NCBI GenBank assembly: GCA_040260805.1
Contig: JBDQPD010000004.1
Coordinates: 1 to 64,000, forward strand
DNA from: Myxococcota bacterium
GTDB lineage: Bacteria > Myxococcota > UBA4151
Direction of reading: 5' to 3'
DNA: 64,000 bases
This document shows, one piece after another, positions 51,003 to 61,145 of the stretch; the first letter of the stretch is position 1; every line of letters starts with the position of its first letter. Position numbers and translations under genes: made by a program. The notes beneath the pieces are model-generated. The model saw only the letters and a program-made list of their open reading frames with translations, had not been told where the DNA came from and did not search any database.

Positions 51003-52075
51003 CGGCGCTGCCGTCGCTCCGCTTCTTCGTTCTCAAGCTGATACACAAAATTGAGCACTTCCGCGACCGCTTCGTAGAGTTCTTCGGGAATCTCTTCGCC
51101 GACCTCCACGTCATGAAGGGCGTGGGCGAGCGGAACATTGCGCATGATCGGCACACCAAATTGTCGTGCGACCTCTTTGATCTTTTCGGCCATCACGCGC
51201 TGCCCTTTTGCCATCACGCGAGGGGCAGCCTCTTCATCATCTTGGTAGCGCAGCGCGACCGCTATATGTTCTGGGTTGACCACGACAACATCCGCATTCT
51301 TTACGTCCTCGATGGACCCGTGCATCAAGAGCTCTTCCGCCAGCTGCCGACGTTGTCCCTTAATGTGTGGGTCCCCTTCGGTCTGCTTATACTCTTGTTT
51401 CACGTCATGTTTGGACATCCTTTGCTCTTTGGCAAAGACATGTTGCTGCCAAAACCGGTCCAACACGCCCACCGCAAACAAAAACGCAGCCACCTGAGCG
51501 ATTAAAACAACGCACATGTCCCAGAGAACATACACGCCCGCCTCGACACCAATAAGACCTGAACGAACCACGTTCTTCATCGCGTCTTCAAGCGCACTGT
51601 AGACCAGATAGCTGACCACGGTGAACTTTAAGATGCTGAGCAGCATCTGAACGAGCTTCTTTTTAGAGATCAGATTTTTTGCGCCCTCAATCGGGTTGAT
51701 CTTTTTGAGCTCCGGCTGAAGCGGTTTGGTCGTGAACATAAAACCAAACTGAACAAAGTTCGCCAAAACCGCTGCCACCACCGCCACGCCAAGCAAGGGG
51801 CTGATGATCCTTAAAATCAGCAGATGCCCTTCGCTCATCAACAAGGTGATCGTCGAAGGCCCCGGCGAAGCCAAGCCCATCTGGAAGCAGCGAGTAATGA
51901 ACGCTTTAAGATCGTTGGCGATCTGAGGAAGTGTCAGCATCAACACAGCGACGCTGAGCACAAACACGACGCCTGTGGTAAAATCTTGTGATTTAGCAAC
52001 CTGCCCTTTTTTGCGCGCTTCGCGCAGCTTGTGCGGTGTTGCCTCTTCTGTCTTCTCACCCGACTGGTCTGCCAC
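50999..52075 (-). CDS. sctU: EscU/YscU/FlhB family type III export switch protein
   Basis: EKTEEATPHKLREARKKGQVAKSQD, KKINPIEG, MSKHDVKQEYKQTEGDP, NPEH cleavage loop, NVPLAHAL, EIPEELYEAVAEVL. Confidence 0.93.
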   Translation of the reverse strand: MADQSGEKTEEATPHKLREARKKGQVAKSQDFTTGVVFVLSVAVLMLTLPQIANDLKAFITRCFQMGLASPGPSTITLLMSEGHLLILRIISPLLGVAVVAAVLANFVQFGFMFTTKPLQPELKKINPIEGAKNLISKKKLVQMLLSILKFTVVSYLVYSALEDAMKNVVRSGLIGVEAGVYVLWDMCVVLIAQVAAFLFAVGVLDRFWQQHVFAKEQRMSKHDVKQEYKQTEGDPHIKGQRRQLAEELLMHGSIEDVKNADVVVVNPEHIAVALRYQDDEEAAPRVMAKGQRVMAEKIKEVARQFGVPIMRNVPLAHALHDVEVGEEIPEELYEAVAEVLNFVYQLENEEAERRQRR

Positions 52076-52078
52076 CAG

Positions 52079-52942
52079 CTATCCCCAGCTGCGACCGGTG
52101 CCGCCGAGGTCAATGACCTCACCTCTGCGATACCGCCCTCGATCATCCTTGACCACCCGGCACCCATCGATCTCTGGATCGTGCTCAAAGAGAAGGATCC
52201 AGTTGTGGTCGTAAGCCTGGGCTAACAGATCGGTTTTTTCTTCGATCGTTCGAACAGGCATGCAGTCGTAACCCATCACCCAGGGCAGGTGCAGGTGACT
52301 GGAAGTGGGCACTAAGTCCGCGCAAAACACCATCGTCTCACCACCGCTGACGATGCGCGGCAGGTGCATGCCCAAGGTGTGTCCATCGCTGACGATGAAA
52401 TCGAGCTGTGGGGTCAAACGCCAGGGTCCCTCATGCAGCGTTAAGTTCTCGCCAATGACCAAGCCCGCCCGATCTTCAGGTCGAAAGCTCCCTGCGTCTT
52501 TAGCTGATGGACTCAGCGCCAGGTCGTAGTTCACCTTTGAGCCATGATGCATGGCGCCCGGAAAGGCTAACGAGCCATCCGGCATCACCGTGCCCCCGTT
52601 GTGATCAAAGTGAAAATGGGTGAACACCATGTCGGTGACGTCACGCCGATCCACGCCTAAACGCTCTAAATTGTCGAGCAGGCAAGGGACCCGCGTGCGA
52701 TCCAGCGCGAACTGTCCGCGCTGCCGGTCATTCCATTGCTCGCCCATCCCATTATCGATCAAAATACATCGCTGACCGTCTCGGATCAGCAAGCAACGCA
52801 GCGCCATCTCAATGCGGTTCGCCTCATCTGGAGGGTCCGAGCGAGACCATAAAGGACGCGGGATGATACCGAACATGGCACCACCGTCGAGACCAAAACG
52901 CCCATCTTCAACGACGTCGATTTGCAGCGACTCTAGTTGCAT
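52079..52942 (-). CDS. MBL-fold metallohydrolase (YtnP-like)
   Basis: LDGGAMFGIIPRPLW, THFHFDH, GHT, ADLVPT, WVMGYD, FEHDP. Confidence 0.92.
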   Translation of the reverse strand: MQLESLQIDVVEDGRFGLDGGAMFGIIPRPLWSRSDPPDEANRIEMALRCLLIRDGQRCILIDNGMGEQWNDRQRGQFALDRTRVPCLLDNLERLGVDRRDVTDMVFTHFHFDHNGGTVMPDGSLAFPGAMHHGSKVNYDLALSPSAKDAGSFRPEDRAGLVIGENLTLHEGPWRLTPQLDFIVSDGHTLGMHLPRIVSGGETMVFCADLVPTSSHLHLPWVMGYDCMPVRTIEEKTDLLAQAYDHNWILLFEHDPEIDGCRVVKDDRGRYRRGEVIDLGGTGRSWG

Positions 52943-52948
52943 GAGGAC

Positions 52949-53632
52949 CTAATCGTTGTTGCTTTGCTTGACCGGTCGAAAGGGATGCAAGAACGCAGCA
53001 AGGTTTGGACCCCGCCGGGTCTGAGCATATAATCTCCCCTGCCCCCGAAACTCGCAGACCAACGCTTCGCCCGAGAAGAACAAACCCTTCATCCCACCAA
53101 AGGCGCGCACATTATAATCTAAGCCTGGCGAAAAACCGACCACATGATCGTTGTCACAGGTGAACACACCGTTCACGTCCACAGGATGCAGCGCGCCATA
53201 ACTGTTGAACCAGAAGGTCCCTGGACCGACCATCTTGACCAAGAACATACCCGGACCGAAGAACCCTTTAAATCCACCAAACTTGGTGTCGAGGGTGACC
53301 GATGAATCCGAGGCAAGGTACGCCCCGCTTTGCAGGTAAAACTCCTCGCCAGCGGCTAAGGTCATCGACTCGATATCCCCCTCTGGTGACGCAGCGATGT
53401 AAATCTCTTGCCCTGGAGCGGTCGAGGTGAAGGTGTTTTGAAAGATCGATTCGCCGCCAAGCAGTTTGCGCTTCGCTGCGGCTAAGATACCGCCGCGCAT
53501 TGACGTCTTCATCTGAAGCTCAGTCGAGCGGCTCACCATGGCGCCGCTCTCACATAAAATCGTCTCGCCAGGCGTCTCAAAGGTCACCTTCAAGATCCCA
53601 AAATCCGGCCGTTGCAGCATCTCAGTTTGCAT
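52949..53632 (-). CDS. AIM24/TIGR00266 family protein
   Basis: ESGAMV, GGESIFQN, QSGAYLAS, FFSGEALVCEFRGQG. Confidence 0.92.
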   Translation of the reverse strand: MQTEMLQRPDFGILKVTFETPGETILCESGAMVSRSTELQMKTSMRGGILAAAKRKLLGGESIFQNTFTSTAPGQEIYIAASPEGDIESMTLAAGEEFYLQSGAYLASDSSVTLDTKFGGFKGFFGPGMFLVKMVGPGTFWFNSYGALHPVDVNGVFTCDNDHVVGFSPGLDYNVRAFGGMKGLFFSGEALVCEFRGQGRLYAQTRRGPNLAAFLHPFRPVKQSNND

Positions 53633-53634
53633 GA

Positions 53635-54324
53635 CTAGCCCTCCCTTGGCGGCAGCTTAGTGCCCACCATACTTCCGTACTCACTCGGGTTGCGCGTTTG
53701 CAGATAAAGTTTCCCTTTGCCGCTCACGTGCAAAACAATGCCCTCCCCACTGAAGAAGGCCTGCAGCCAAGAGCCGCCCGGTTTGGTCGTGCGGTAGTTG
53801 ATCCCCGACGTGAAGGCGACCAGATGCCCCGTATCCACGATCATGTCCCCGTCGAGCTCGACCACCTCCATGCCGCCAAACGCTGACATCGCAACCTGCC
53901 CCTGACCGGCACACTTCAAGAAGAAGAAGCTCTCGCCGGAGAAGAAGGCTTTGAAGCCCTGCCACTGGGTATCTAGATCAATGCTCGAGTCACTGGCGAC
54001 GTAACTGGTGCTTTGAATCATCAGCTCTTCACCCGGGACCAATTCATGGACCGCCATATCACCGCACAAGCTGGCGGCCAGGGTGACCTCGCCACCGGCA
54101 CCCGTTCCCGTGAATTTATTGGTGAAGAAGGACTCGCCGGTCAAAAAGCTGCGCTTGAGCGACTTGAGCAGACCACCTTTGCCGCCCGCACGAGCCGCAG
54201 TCGATGCCTGCACCTGGTCATTCATCGTGACCATAGCTCCGGCCTCTGCGGTGATCGATTCACCAACCCCTAGACGCACCACACCGAGCGAGTGCGCAGG
54301 GCGATATTTCACTTCGATTTCCAT
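53635..54324 (-). CDS. AIM24/TIGR00266 family protein
   Basis: AEAGAMV, TGESFFTN, FFSGESFF, VDTGHLVAF, SGEG, LQTRN. Confidence 0.93.
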   Translation of the reverse strand: MEIEVKYRPAHSLGVVRLGVGESITAEAGAMVTMNDQVQASTAARAGGKGGLLKSLKRSFLTGESFFTNKFTGTGAGGEVTLAASLCGDMAVHELVPGEELMIQSTSYVASDSSIDLDTQWQGFKAFFSGESFFFLKCAGQGQVAMSAFGGMEVVELDGDMIVDTGHLVAFTSGINYRTTKPGGSWLQAFFSGEGIVLHVSGKGKLYLQTRNPSEYGSMVGTKLPPREG

Positions 54325-54336
54325 CGACTGTTCTCC

Positions 54337-55035
54337 CTACATCGGCAGCATCGGTGAGACCCAACCCACCAATGCGCTCACGTTGCGACTCTGCATATAG
54401 ATCGTGCCCTGACCTCGGAACTCCATGACCAGGCCCTCGCCGCTCCCCAAGAAGCCGAGCATACCGCCGCCAGGCGTCTTGATCTTAAAATTCAGGTCAG
54501 CGTCGAAGGCGACAATATGCCCTGTATCGACAATATAGCTGCCATTGCATTGCACCTTGATGATGCCGCCGTAGCTGTTGATGAACAGCTCGCCATTACC
54601 GCTACACTCCAAAAAGAAGAGCCCTTCGCCGCCGAACAAACCCCGCAAGCCGCCCCAGCGAAGTTTCGTGTCGATGTCACCGGTGCTCGCTAAATACGCT
54701 CCGGTTTGGATAATGATCGGCGGCGTAGCGGGCGTCATCGTGATCTGACTGATGTCACCCGAGAGCGCCGGTGCGAGGACCACCTCACCGCCACTTTGAC
54801 CGCCAAAACGGTTCACGAAGAACGTCTCGCCACCGATGAATTTTCGTACCAACGCGACGAAGAACGCCATGAATTTACGAGCGATGCCGCCGCGCCCCGA
54901 ATTAAGGCGAGTACTCATCGGCAAACCGGGCGTCATGGTCACCATAGCGCCGGCTTCCGCTTGAATCACCTCACCCGGATCCAACTGGACTTTAAGCCAA
55001 GCAAAGCTCGGCTGATGGTCAATCTGCACTTGCAT
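54337..55035 (-). CDS. AIM24/TIGR00266 family protein
   Basis: AEAGAMV, GGETFFVN, GGEGLFF, VDTGHIVAFD, SGEGLV. Confidence 0.93.
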   Translation of the reverse strand: MQVQIDHQPSFAWLKVQLDPGEVIQAEAGAMVTMTPGLPMSTRLNSGRGGIARKFMAFFVALVRKFIGGETFFVNRFGGQSGGEVVLAPALSGDISQITMTPATPPIIIQTGAYLASTGDIDTKLRWGGLRGLFGGEGLFFLECSGNGELFINSYGGIIKVQCNGSYIVDTGHIVAFDADLNFKIKTPGGGMLGFLGSGEGLVMEFRGQGTIYMQSRNVSALVGWVSPMLPM

Positions 55036-55105
55036 AGATCAACTCCTTCGAGCTTGCCTGTAGCGGTAAGCCCAAAGCATGTGAAGGGTGGCAAGGGGGT
55101 CGAGT

Positions 55106-55954
55106 ATGAGCCGAGAAGCGCGCGCAGGTGGGTTTGGGAGCAGCGGCAGCTTAGGTGTGGCGGCAAGCCTATCGATAATCGCTGTCGGCCTGATCATCCT
55201 CGTGGGTGCGATTTGGTTTGGGGTGACGTCCGGCGCGACCTACGCCCTGCCTTTGGTTCCAAAGCATTGGGATAGTCAGCTTGGCGAATACGCGATGAAG
55301 AGCATGGTCTCAGACGAGAACCCGTGCGCAGGCTCAGATATGGAGCGCTGGCTCAAAGAGGTTGGCCCGCTGCTCGTCGAGCAGGTCGAAGGTGAACCCT
55401 TTGAGTACCAATGGTTTGTGATCGATGACGAAACCCCCAACGCCTTCGCCTTACCCGGCGGATGGGTTGGGGTTCATCGAGGCTTGTTCGCCATCGCGAA
55501 GCGCCCCGAAGAGGTTGCGAGCGTGGTCGCCCACGAGATCATTCACGCCGAGAACCGACACGGCACGGCTCGAATCTTGGGCTCGGTTGGAACGAGCCTG
55601 GTGATGGGTCTCGTCTTCGGAGGCACCGACCTCGCCATGTTCGCCGACCAGGGCATGCAGCTGCTGATGCTCAAACACAGTCGGTCTCAAGAAGAAGAAG
55701 CCGATGCCCAAGGGCTCATGCTGATGGAGCGCGCCGGGATTGACCCAGAGGGCATGGCGACCATGTTTGAGGCGTTAGGCGCCGCTGCGCCGAAATCGGG
55801 GACTCTTCCTGCCTGGTTTTCGACCCACCCTGACAGCCAGGCCCGAGCGGCCGAGGCAAGAGCAGGTCGACGCATCCGACCGACCACGGAATTGCCGAAA
55901 CTACCGACCGCTGAATGCAAAGAGAGTCTAACCCAAGAGGCGCCCGAGCGATAA
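55106..55954 (+). CDS. M48 family metallopeptidase
   Basis: PNAFALPGG, AHEIIH, SRSQEEEAD, FSTHP; N-terminal TM; start uncertain. Confidence 0.92.
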   Translation: MSREARAGGFGSSGSLGVAASLSIIAVGLIILVGAIWFGVTSGATYALPLVPKHWDSQLGEYAMKSMVSDENPCAGSDMERWLKEVGPLLVEQVEGEPFEYQWFVIDDETPNAFALPGGWVGVHRGLFAIAKRPEEVASVVAHEIIHAENRHGTARILGSVGTSLVMGLVFGGTDLAMFADQGMQLLMLKHSRSQEEEADAQGLMLMERAGIDPEGMATMFEALGAAAPKSGTLPAWFSTHPDSQARAAEARAGRRIRPTTELPKLPTAECKESLTQEAPER

Positions 55955-56033
55955 CACCTAGAAATTCAGCTTGCGGGTCTGGTACACTGGCGTATCCTTC
56001 GCTTCATGTTAAGCGACTTGCTATGAGGTCCAT

Positions 56034-58496
56034 ATGACGTTTCGATCCCTTTCTTTGCTGTGTATTGTAGGAGCCTTCAGCGCTTCTTCATGTTCGGATT
56101 CAGACATCATGGTGCGCGAGCGCGTGTCCAACTGCGGCAACGGCTCAATCGAGATGGGTGAAGCCTGCGATGACGGGAACGACATCAACACCGACGCCTG
56201 CACCAACAGCTGCGATGTGGCGTTCTGCGGTGATGGCGTGACACGCTCGGATCTATCGATCGAAGACATGGATTTTGAAGCCTGCGATGATGGAAACATC
56301 GAGGACAGCGATGGCTGCCTAAACGGTTGTCATCTGGCACGTTGCGGTGATGGAATTGTTCGTCGCGATCTGAGCGAAGGCATGAACGGGTTTGAAGCCT
56401 GTGATGATTCCAACGACATCGATGAAGACGGCTGCCGAACCAATTGTGTCCCGGCGCGCTGCGGCGATGGCGTCGTTCGCCTCGACCTCGGCGACGAAGA
56501 AGAGGGCTTTGAGGGCTGCGATGACGGCAATCAAGACGACACCGATGAATGCAAGACCGACTGTTCTCCCCAATACTGCGGTGACGGCGTCGTCGGGCTG
56601 ACCGAAGGGTGCGATGACGGCAACGATGACCCTGATGATGAATGCGACGAATGCCGTCCAAAGGTCTGCGGCGATGGCCTCATCGGTCCTGGCGAGCGAT
56701 GCGATGATGGGAACGACGTCAATGAAGATGGGTGCACCAACGTCTGCGTTCCAGGCGTGTGCGGTGATGGCATCCTTCGCCTAGACGTGGATGATCAAGG
56801 CGACCTGGTCGAAGCCTGCGATGATGGCAACACCGAAGGTTATGATGCGTGCACCGACAACTGCCAGCTGGCTCGCTGCGGCGACGGTGTGGTGCGTCGC
56901 GGGCTTCAGTGGGGAGCTGAAGGCTTCGAAGAATGCGATGACGGCAACGATGAAGCGGGCGATGGCTGCGCGCCAACCTGCCTGCGAGAGGTCTGCGGCA
57001 ACGCGATCGTCGATGAAGGTGAGGCTTGTGATGATGGCAACCGAAGCGACCTTGACGCCTGCACCAACGAGTGCGCCCAGGCGCGCTGTGGCGATGGCTT
57101 CTTGCGCGAGGACCTCGCCGAGGGCGACGATGGCTTTGAAGGTTGCGATGACGGCAACAACGACGCCGCTGACGGCTGCTCTGCGCTCTGTGGAACCGAG
57201 ATCTGCGGCAACGGAATCGTCGATCCAAATGATGGCTGCGACGACGGAAACCAGGTCGACACCGACGCCTGCACCAACGGCTGCGAAGTGGCTCGCTGCG
57301 GCGACGGAATCCAACGAGACGATCTCGCTCCCGAAGCACCGGGCTTTGAAGCCTGCGACGACGGCAACGCAGAAAATAGCGACGCCTGCCTGACCACTTG
57401 CCAGCAGGCTCGCTGCGGCGACGGCTTTGTTCAAGACGGGATCGAAGCCTGCGATGACGGGGACAACAACGACCGAAACGCCTGCCGAACCAACTGCGCG
57501 GTTGCAGCCTGCGGTGATGGCGTGAGGCGCCAGGACCTCGGTGAGCTCGAGGCGGGCTACGAAGCCTGTGATGACGGGAACCAGGTCCAAGAAGACATCT
57601 GCACCAATGGCTGCCGAATCGCAGTCTGCGGCGATGGCATCACCCGAAGCGACGTCCCGGCAGGGCAGCCAGGGCATGAGCAGTGCGATGACGGGAACCA
57701 GATCAACACCGACGAATGCGTGGGTCGTTGTGCGCTCGCTGCTTGCGGAGACGGCTTCATCCAGGCGGGCGTCGAAGCCTGCGATGACGGCAACGCAAAC
57801 GACTCGGATCAATGTGTGGGACGCTGCATGAACGCAACCTGCGGCGATGGCTTTGTCCAGGTCGGAGTCGAAGCTTGTGATGATGGCAACGCGAACAACT
57901 CGGACGCTTGCGTGGGGCGCTGCGCTCGTGCGCGTTGCGGAGATGGCTTCGTCCAAGCCGGCGTCGAAGCCTGCGATGACGCCAATCAAAGCAATGTGGA
58001 CTCATGCACGAACATCTGCGCGGCAGCTCGCTGCGGCGATGGTCACGTGCAGCCCGGCGAGCGCTGCGACGATGGCAACCAAAACAACAACGACTCATGC
58101 GACACCAACTGCAACCCAGTGGTTCAGTGCATCGCAGCGGAGAGCGAAAACAATGGGTCCCGGGGCTTAGCCAACGGCCCACTGTGCAGCGGTCGCTACA
58201 TCACGGCCTTTCAAGGCAGCAACGATGAGGACTATTTCCACTTCACGACTCGCGGTGGAAACGTCGTGATTCGGACCCGGTTAGCGGACGGCGGATGCGG
58301 AACGACTCCGGACACCCGGCTAACCCTATACCGCGACAACGGCTCGATGGTCGCTGACAACGACGACGGTGAATGCTCCTACATGAGCCGAATCACGGCT
58401 AACTTGCCCGCTGGTCGCTACTACGTGCGTGTCTATCCGTTCTCATGGTCGCCGACACGGGTCGGCGGATACCGCCTGTATATGGACTTCCCTTAG
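56034..58496 (+). CDS. Myxobacterial cysteine-rich repeat (DUF4215-like) probable lipoprotein with C-terminal PPC-like domain
   Basis: About 19 CG(D/N)G...CDD(G)N...C...C repeats; C-terminal [27 protein letters not shown]. Confidence 0.88.
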   Translation: MTFRSLSLLCIVGAFSASSCSDSDIMVRERVSNCGNGSIEMGEACDDGNDINTDACTNSCDVAFCGDGVTRSDLSIEDMDFEACDDGNIEDSDGCLNGCHLARCGDGIVRRDLSEGMNGFEACDDSNDIDEDGCRTNCVPARCGDGVVRLDLGDEEEGFEGCDDGNQDDTDECKTDCSPQYCGDGVVGLTEGCDDGNDDPDDECDECRPKVCGDGLIGPGERCDDGNDVNEDGCTNVCVPGVCGDGILRLDVDDQGDLVEACDDGNTEGYDACTDNCQLARCGDGVVRRGLQWGAEGFEECDDGNDEAGDGCAPTCLREVCGNAIVDEGEACDDGNRSDLDACTNECAQARCGDGFLREDLAEGDDGFEGCDDGNNDAADGCSALCGTEICGNGIVDPNDGCDDGNQVDTDACTNGCEVARCGDGIQRDDLAPEAPGFEACDDGNAENSDACLTTCQQARCGDGFVQDGIEACDDGDNNDRNACRTNCAVAACGDGVRRQDLGELEAGYEACDDGNQVQEDICTNGCRIAVCGDGITRSDVPAGQPGHEQCDDGNQINTDECVGRCALAACGDGFIQAGVEACDDGNANDSDQCVGRCMNATCGDGFVQVGVEACDDGNANNSDACVGRCARARCGDGFVQAGVEACDDANQSNVDSCTNICAAARCGDGHVQPGERCDDGNQNNNDSCDTNCNPVVQCIAAESENNGSRGLANGPLCSGRYITAFQGSNDEDYFHFTTRGGNVVIRTRLADGGCGTTPDTRLTLYRDNGSMVADNDDGECSYMSRITANLPAGRYYVRVYPFSWSPTRVGGYRLYMDFP
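56133..58113 (+). repeat. Intragenic Cys/Asp repeats in long and short variants
   Basis: Recurring TGCGGCGAYGG and TGCGAYGAYGGCAAC; long units carry an RxDL-x-EG-x2-GF-like insert. Confidence 0.9.
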
Positions 58497-59680
58497 GACT
58501 CTTCACTCTCGGCGCCACCGGGCAGAACCAACATCGCCGGCTCATCTTCTGTGGTGAGGTCTGCGACCCGTTTGAACTGAAGCTCCAGTTTATTCAGCCG
58601 CGGCCCCGCCAGCTCCTCGAGCGTATTGCTCAAGGTCTTGTGTTGCTTTTGAAGCGACAGGATCTTTCCCGAATACTTAGCCCACTCGCCGCCCAGCGCG
58701 CCGATGATCGTCAGCAGTTGGTCCGAGCGTTCTTGCAGACGGAAGCTGTCCATCGCCTGGCGAATCACTGCGAGCACGGCAAAGAGCGTCCCCGGGGAAC
58801 ACAAGACGATGCGCTGGTTCATGGCGTCGTCGAGTAAGCTCCGATCACGCTCGTGCAAGAAGGCGTAGATCTGATCATTGGGGATGAACAACAAAACGTA
58901 GTTAACGGTTTTGGCTTCGGGGTTGATGTACGCTTTGCCGCTGACTTCTTTGATTCGGGCTTTGACGTCGCCCATGAAGGCCTTGGCGTGACGCTCACGC
59001 TGGTCGTCATCTTGACTCTCGACCACCTGAACGAACTGCTTGTACGGGAACTTCACGTCCATATTCAGGATTAAGTCCTGAGGAAGGATGAAGGTAAAGT
59101 CGGGTCGAGTGCCGTCTTGAGACTGCTGCTTGCGGTAATTGATGCCTTCTTTAAAGCCTGCGTTGCGAAGGATATCTTCTGCCATGCGCTCACCCCAGGC
59201 GCCCCGAGCTTGGTTGCTGCCTAGGGTTTCGCTGAGCGCTTTGGCTTGAAGCTCGAGCGCTTGGCTTCGCTCACTCGCCACCTTGAGCTGGGTGTTGAGT
59301 TCGGCGAACTGCTGCGCCCGGCTCTTCTTCATCTGCTCGAGCTCATTCGCCATGCGCTTGAGCTCAGCGTCGATCAGCTCTTTGGCGCCGTGCAGCTCTT
59401 TGGTGCCCTGCTTTTGTTGCGACTCGAGCTGCTGCTGGTTGAGCTGGACGAGCTGCTTGCTCGTCTTCTCCATGGAGTCGAGCGAGAGCTCGCCAAAGCT
59501 CGACCGCAAACGCTCGAGCATCAACTGCTCGCGCTCACTCGATTTGGCTTCCTCAGTGCGAAGCAGCTCCAGCACCGACTCGGTCGTTTGGGCTGCAACC
59601 TTTTGAGTCCGGCTGGCGACCAACCAGCCCAAAGCAAGGCCCAGAAGTAATCCACCAGTAAAAATCAACACCGTCGTCAT
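58493..59680 (-). CDS. rmuC: DNA recombination protein RmuC
   Basis: N-terminal TM + coiled coil; RGAWGE, RPDF, DVKFP, KAYI, LLFIPND, CSPGTL. Confidence 0.93.
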   Translation of the reverse strand: MTTVLIFTGGLLLGLALGWLVASRTQKVAAQTTESVLELLRTEEAKSSEREQLMLERLRSSFGELSLDSMEKTSKQLVQLNQQQLESQQKQGTKELHGAKELIDAELKRMANELEQMKKSRAQQFAELNTQLKVASERSQALELQAKALSETLGSNQARGAWGERMAEDILRNAGFKEGINYRKQQSQDGTRPDFTFILPQDLILNMDVKFPYKQFVQVVESQDDDQRERHAKAFMGDVKARIKEVSGKAYINPEAKTVNYVLLFIPNDQIYAFLHERDRSLLDDAMNQRIVLCSPGTLFAVLAVIRQAMDSFRLQERSDQLLTIIGALGGEWAKYSGKILSLQKQHKTLSNTLEELAGPRLNKLELQFKRVADLTTEDEPAMLVLPGGAESEES

Positions 59681-59716
59681 CGTCTACCCCGCATCCTCAT
59701 GCTGTCGCGCGTCATG

Positions 59717-59740
59717 AGTGTACACGAAGGGTCTGACACG
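59717..59740 (-). promoter_or_regulatory. RecA-NDp/PafBC-type promoter motif upstream of rmuC
   Basis: Minus strand CG-TGTCAG-ACCCTTCGTG(10 nt)-TACACT, 36 nt before the ATG. Confidence 0.7.
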
Positions 59741-59755
59741 CTCGCTAAGTAGCCC

Positions 59756-61135
59756 TCAGACGCGCAAGAAGGGCAAGCCATCGTGGCGAAGTTTGTCGGT
59801 ATCAAGCCCTGCATTCGCCAACACCGACGCCAGCACATTATTGGGCGTAATGGTCATACCGCTCATCGAGAACTGACCGGTGTTGGGATCGACCGGCATG
59901 GCGTTCATGCCGACTTCACTGGTGGAGCCAAACAGCTTGTTCTGCGGCACGCCTGCGCCCGCTAAAAGGCAAGCATTGACGATCGCATGATCGCGGCCGT
60001 CTCGATTGTTAAGCTTGGGCGTACGACTAAACTCGCTAAAGCAAACGACCGTGGTCGTATCGATCAGATTTTTAGACGGCACATCGGGGTCTGGGGTGGT
60101 TTTGAGGTCACCGAGCAAGGTTGCGACGCGGTTCCATCCGCCTTGCTGGCGATCCGGATGATCGCTCGCCCAGTTGTCGTCGTGGGTGTCCAAACCGCTA
60201 GCAGCGGTCAGACTGACCGATTGAGATACACCATATTTGAGCGCCTGGAAGGCCATCGCCATGCGCGCGCCCTCGTGGTCTAGATCGTAGCGAGGGAACT
60301 CGTAGCGTGCGCGTAAGTCGTCATGCTCGCTCAACCTGAAGTTGAACAAGTCACCCATCGCGAGCCCCTGACCTGAACCCTCTACCAGATCGCGTGCTTT
60401 TACCGCTGTCGAGCGAACGCTCTCAAGCATACCGAACCGATTAAACTGGCTCGGATCACAGAACGCATTTTGCTCGCGCCGGAACTGGCTCAAGGCCTGG
60501 CGCACGGCGCTGTCAACAGCCGGGGCGTTCGGCCCGTCCTCTAAGGTCGAGACCAGATCCGTGACGCTGCCCACGCTCAATGCGTTCGCAAAGGTTGGTA
60601 ACCCCTCGTTATAGCTTTCGCTGCTGCAGACTAAGTTCGGTATCGCCGTGCGATCGCCCTGTTGGGCGACCACCCGTGTGCCAATAGACGAGCCCGCCGC
60701 CGACAAGCCACGAGGCATCATGCCGGTAATAAAGTAACGCCGTCCGACCTCATGGGTCACGGTGTCCATAGCGATGCCACGCACCACCGAACAGACGTCG
60801 AAATGAGCAGCCATCGACGCCATCGCAGGGCCTACCACGTAGGGTGTCCCCTCAGCGCCAATCAGTCCGAGCGGGAACCCTGGGTTTTCCGATTCGACCA
60901 AGTGCCAAGCCGGCTGAATGCCCGTCTCTTCAACCCGCTCTTCCGTAAAATTGTCGGGGTTACGAGGGTCCAAACCGAGCAAAATATCCCAGGCCCCCGA
61001 GAAGTACACAAAGACGAACTTACGCGTGGGGTCGAGTGGCCCTGCCGCATGCGCTAGGCGCATCGACAGCCCGTTGCCGAGCATCATCCCAAGGGAGCCA
61101 GCGGACAACGTTTTGAGAAAGTCACGACGTTTCAT
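59756..61135 (-). CDS. DUF1501-like Tat-exported protein
   Basis: KRRDFLK Tat signal; FVFVYFSGAWD, LDTH, SEFSRTPKLN, GRDH. Confidence 0.88.
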   Translation of the reverse strand: MKRRDFLKTLSAGSLGMMLGNGLSMRLAHAAGPLDPTRKFVFVYFSGAWDILLGLDPRNPDNFTEERVEETGIQPAWHLVESENPGFPLGLIGAEGTPYVVGPAMASMAAHFDVCSVVRGIAMDTVTHEVGRRYFITGMMPRGLSAAGSSIGTRVVAQQGDRTAIPNLVCSSESYNEGLPTFANALSVGSVTDLVSTLEDGPNAPAVDSAVRQALSQFRREQNAFCDPSQFNRFGMLESVRSTAVKARDLVEGSGQGLAMGDLFNFRLSEHDDLRARYEFPRYDLDHEGARMAMAFQALKYGVSQSVSLTAASGLDTHDDNWASDHPDRQQGGWNRVATLLGDLKTTPDPDVPSKNLIDTTTVVCFSEFSRTPKLNNRDGRDHAIVNACLLAGAGVPQNKLFGSTSEVGMNAMPVDPNTGQFSMSGMTITPNNVLASVLANAGLDTDKLRHDGLPFLRV

Positions 61136-61145
61136 CTTGTCCTCC

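Noticed and set aside
51265..51280. NPEH instead of NPTH read as a non-cleaving or pseudogenised SctU
   Set aside because: The Asn-Pro bond and His are intact, and NPEH is a natural variant among FlhB proteins.
55971..55988. Third copy of the damage promoter (TACACT hexamer)
   Set aside because: No TGTCAG ten bases upstream; looks like an ordinary extended -10 (TGnTACACT).
56781..57989. 402-aa minus-strand ORF and CRISPR-like periodicity
   Set aside because: Shadow of the DUF4215-like coding repeats.
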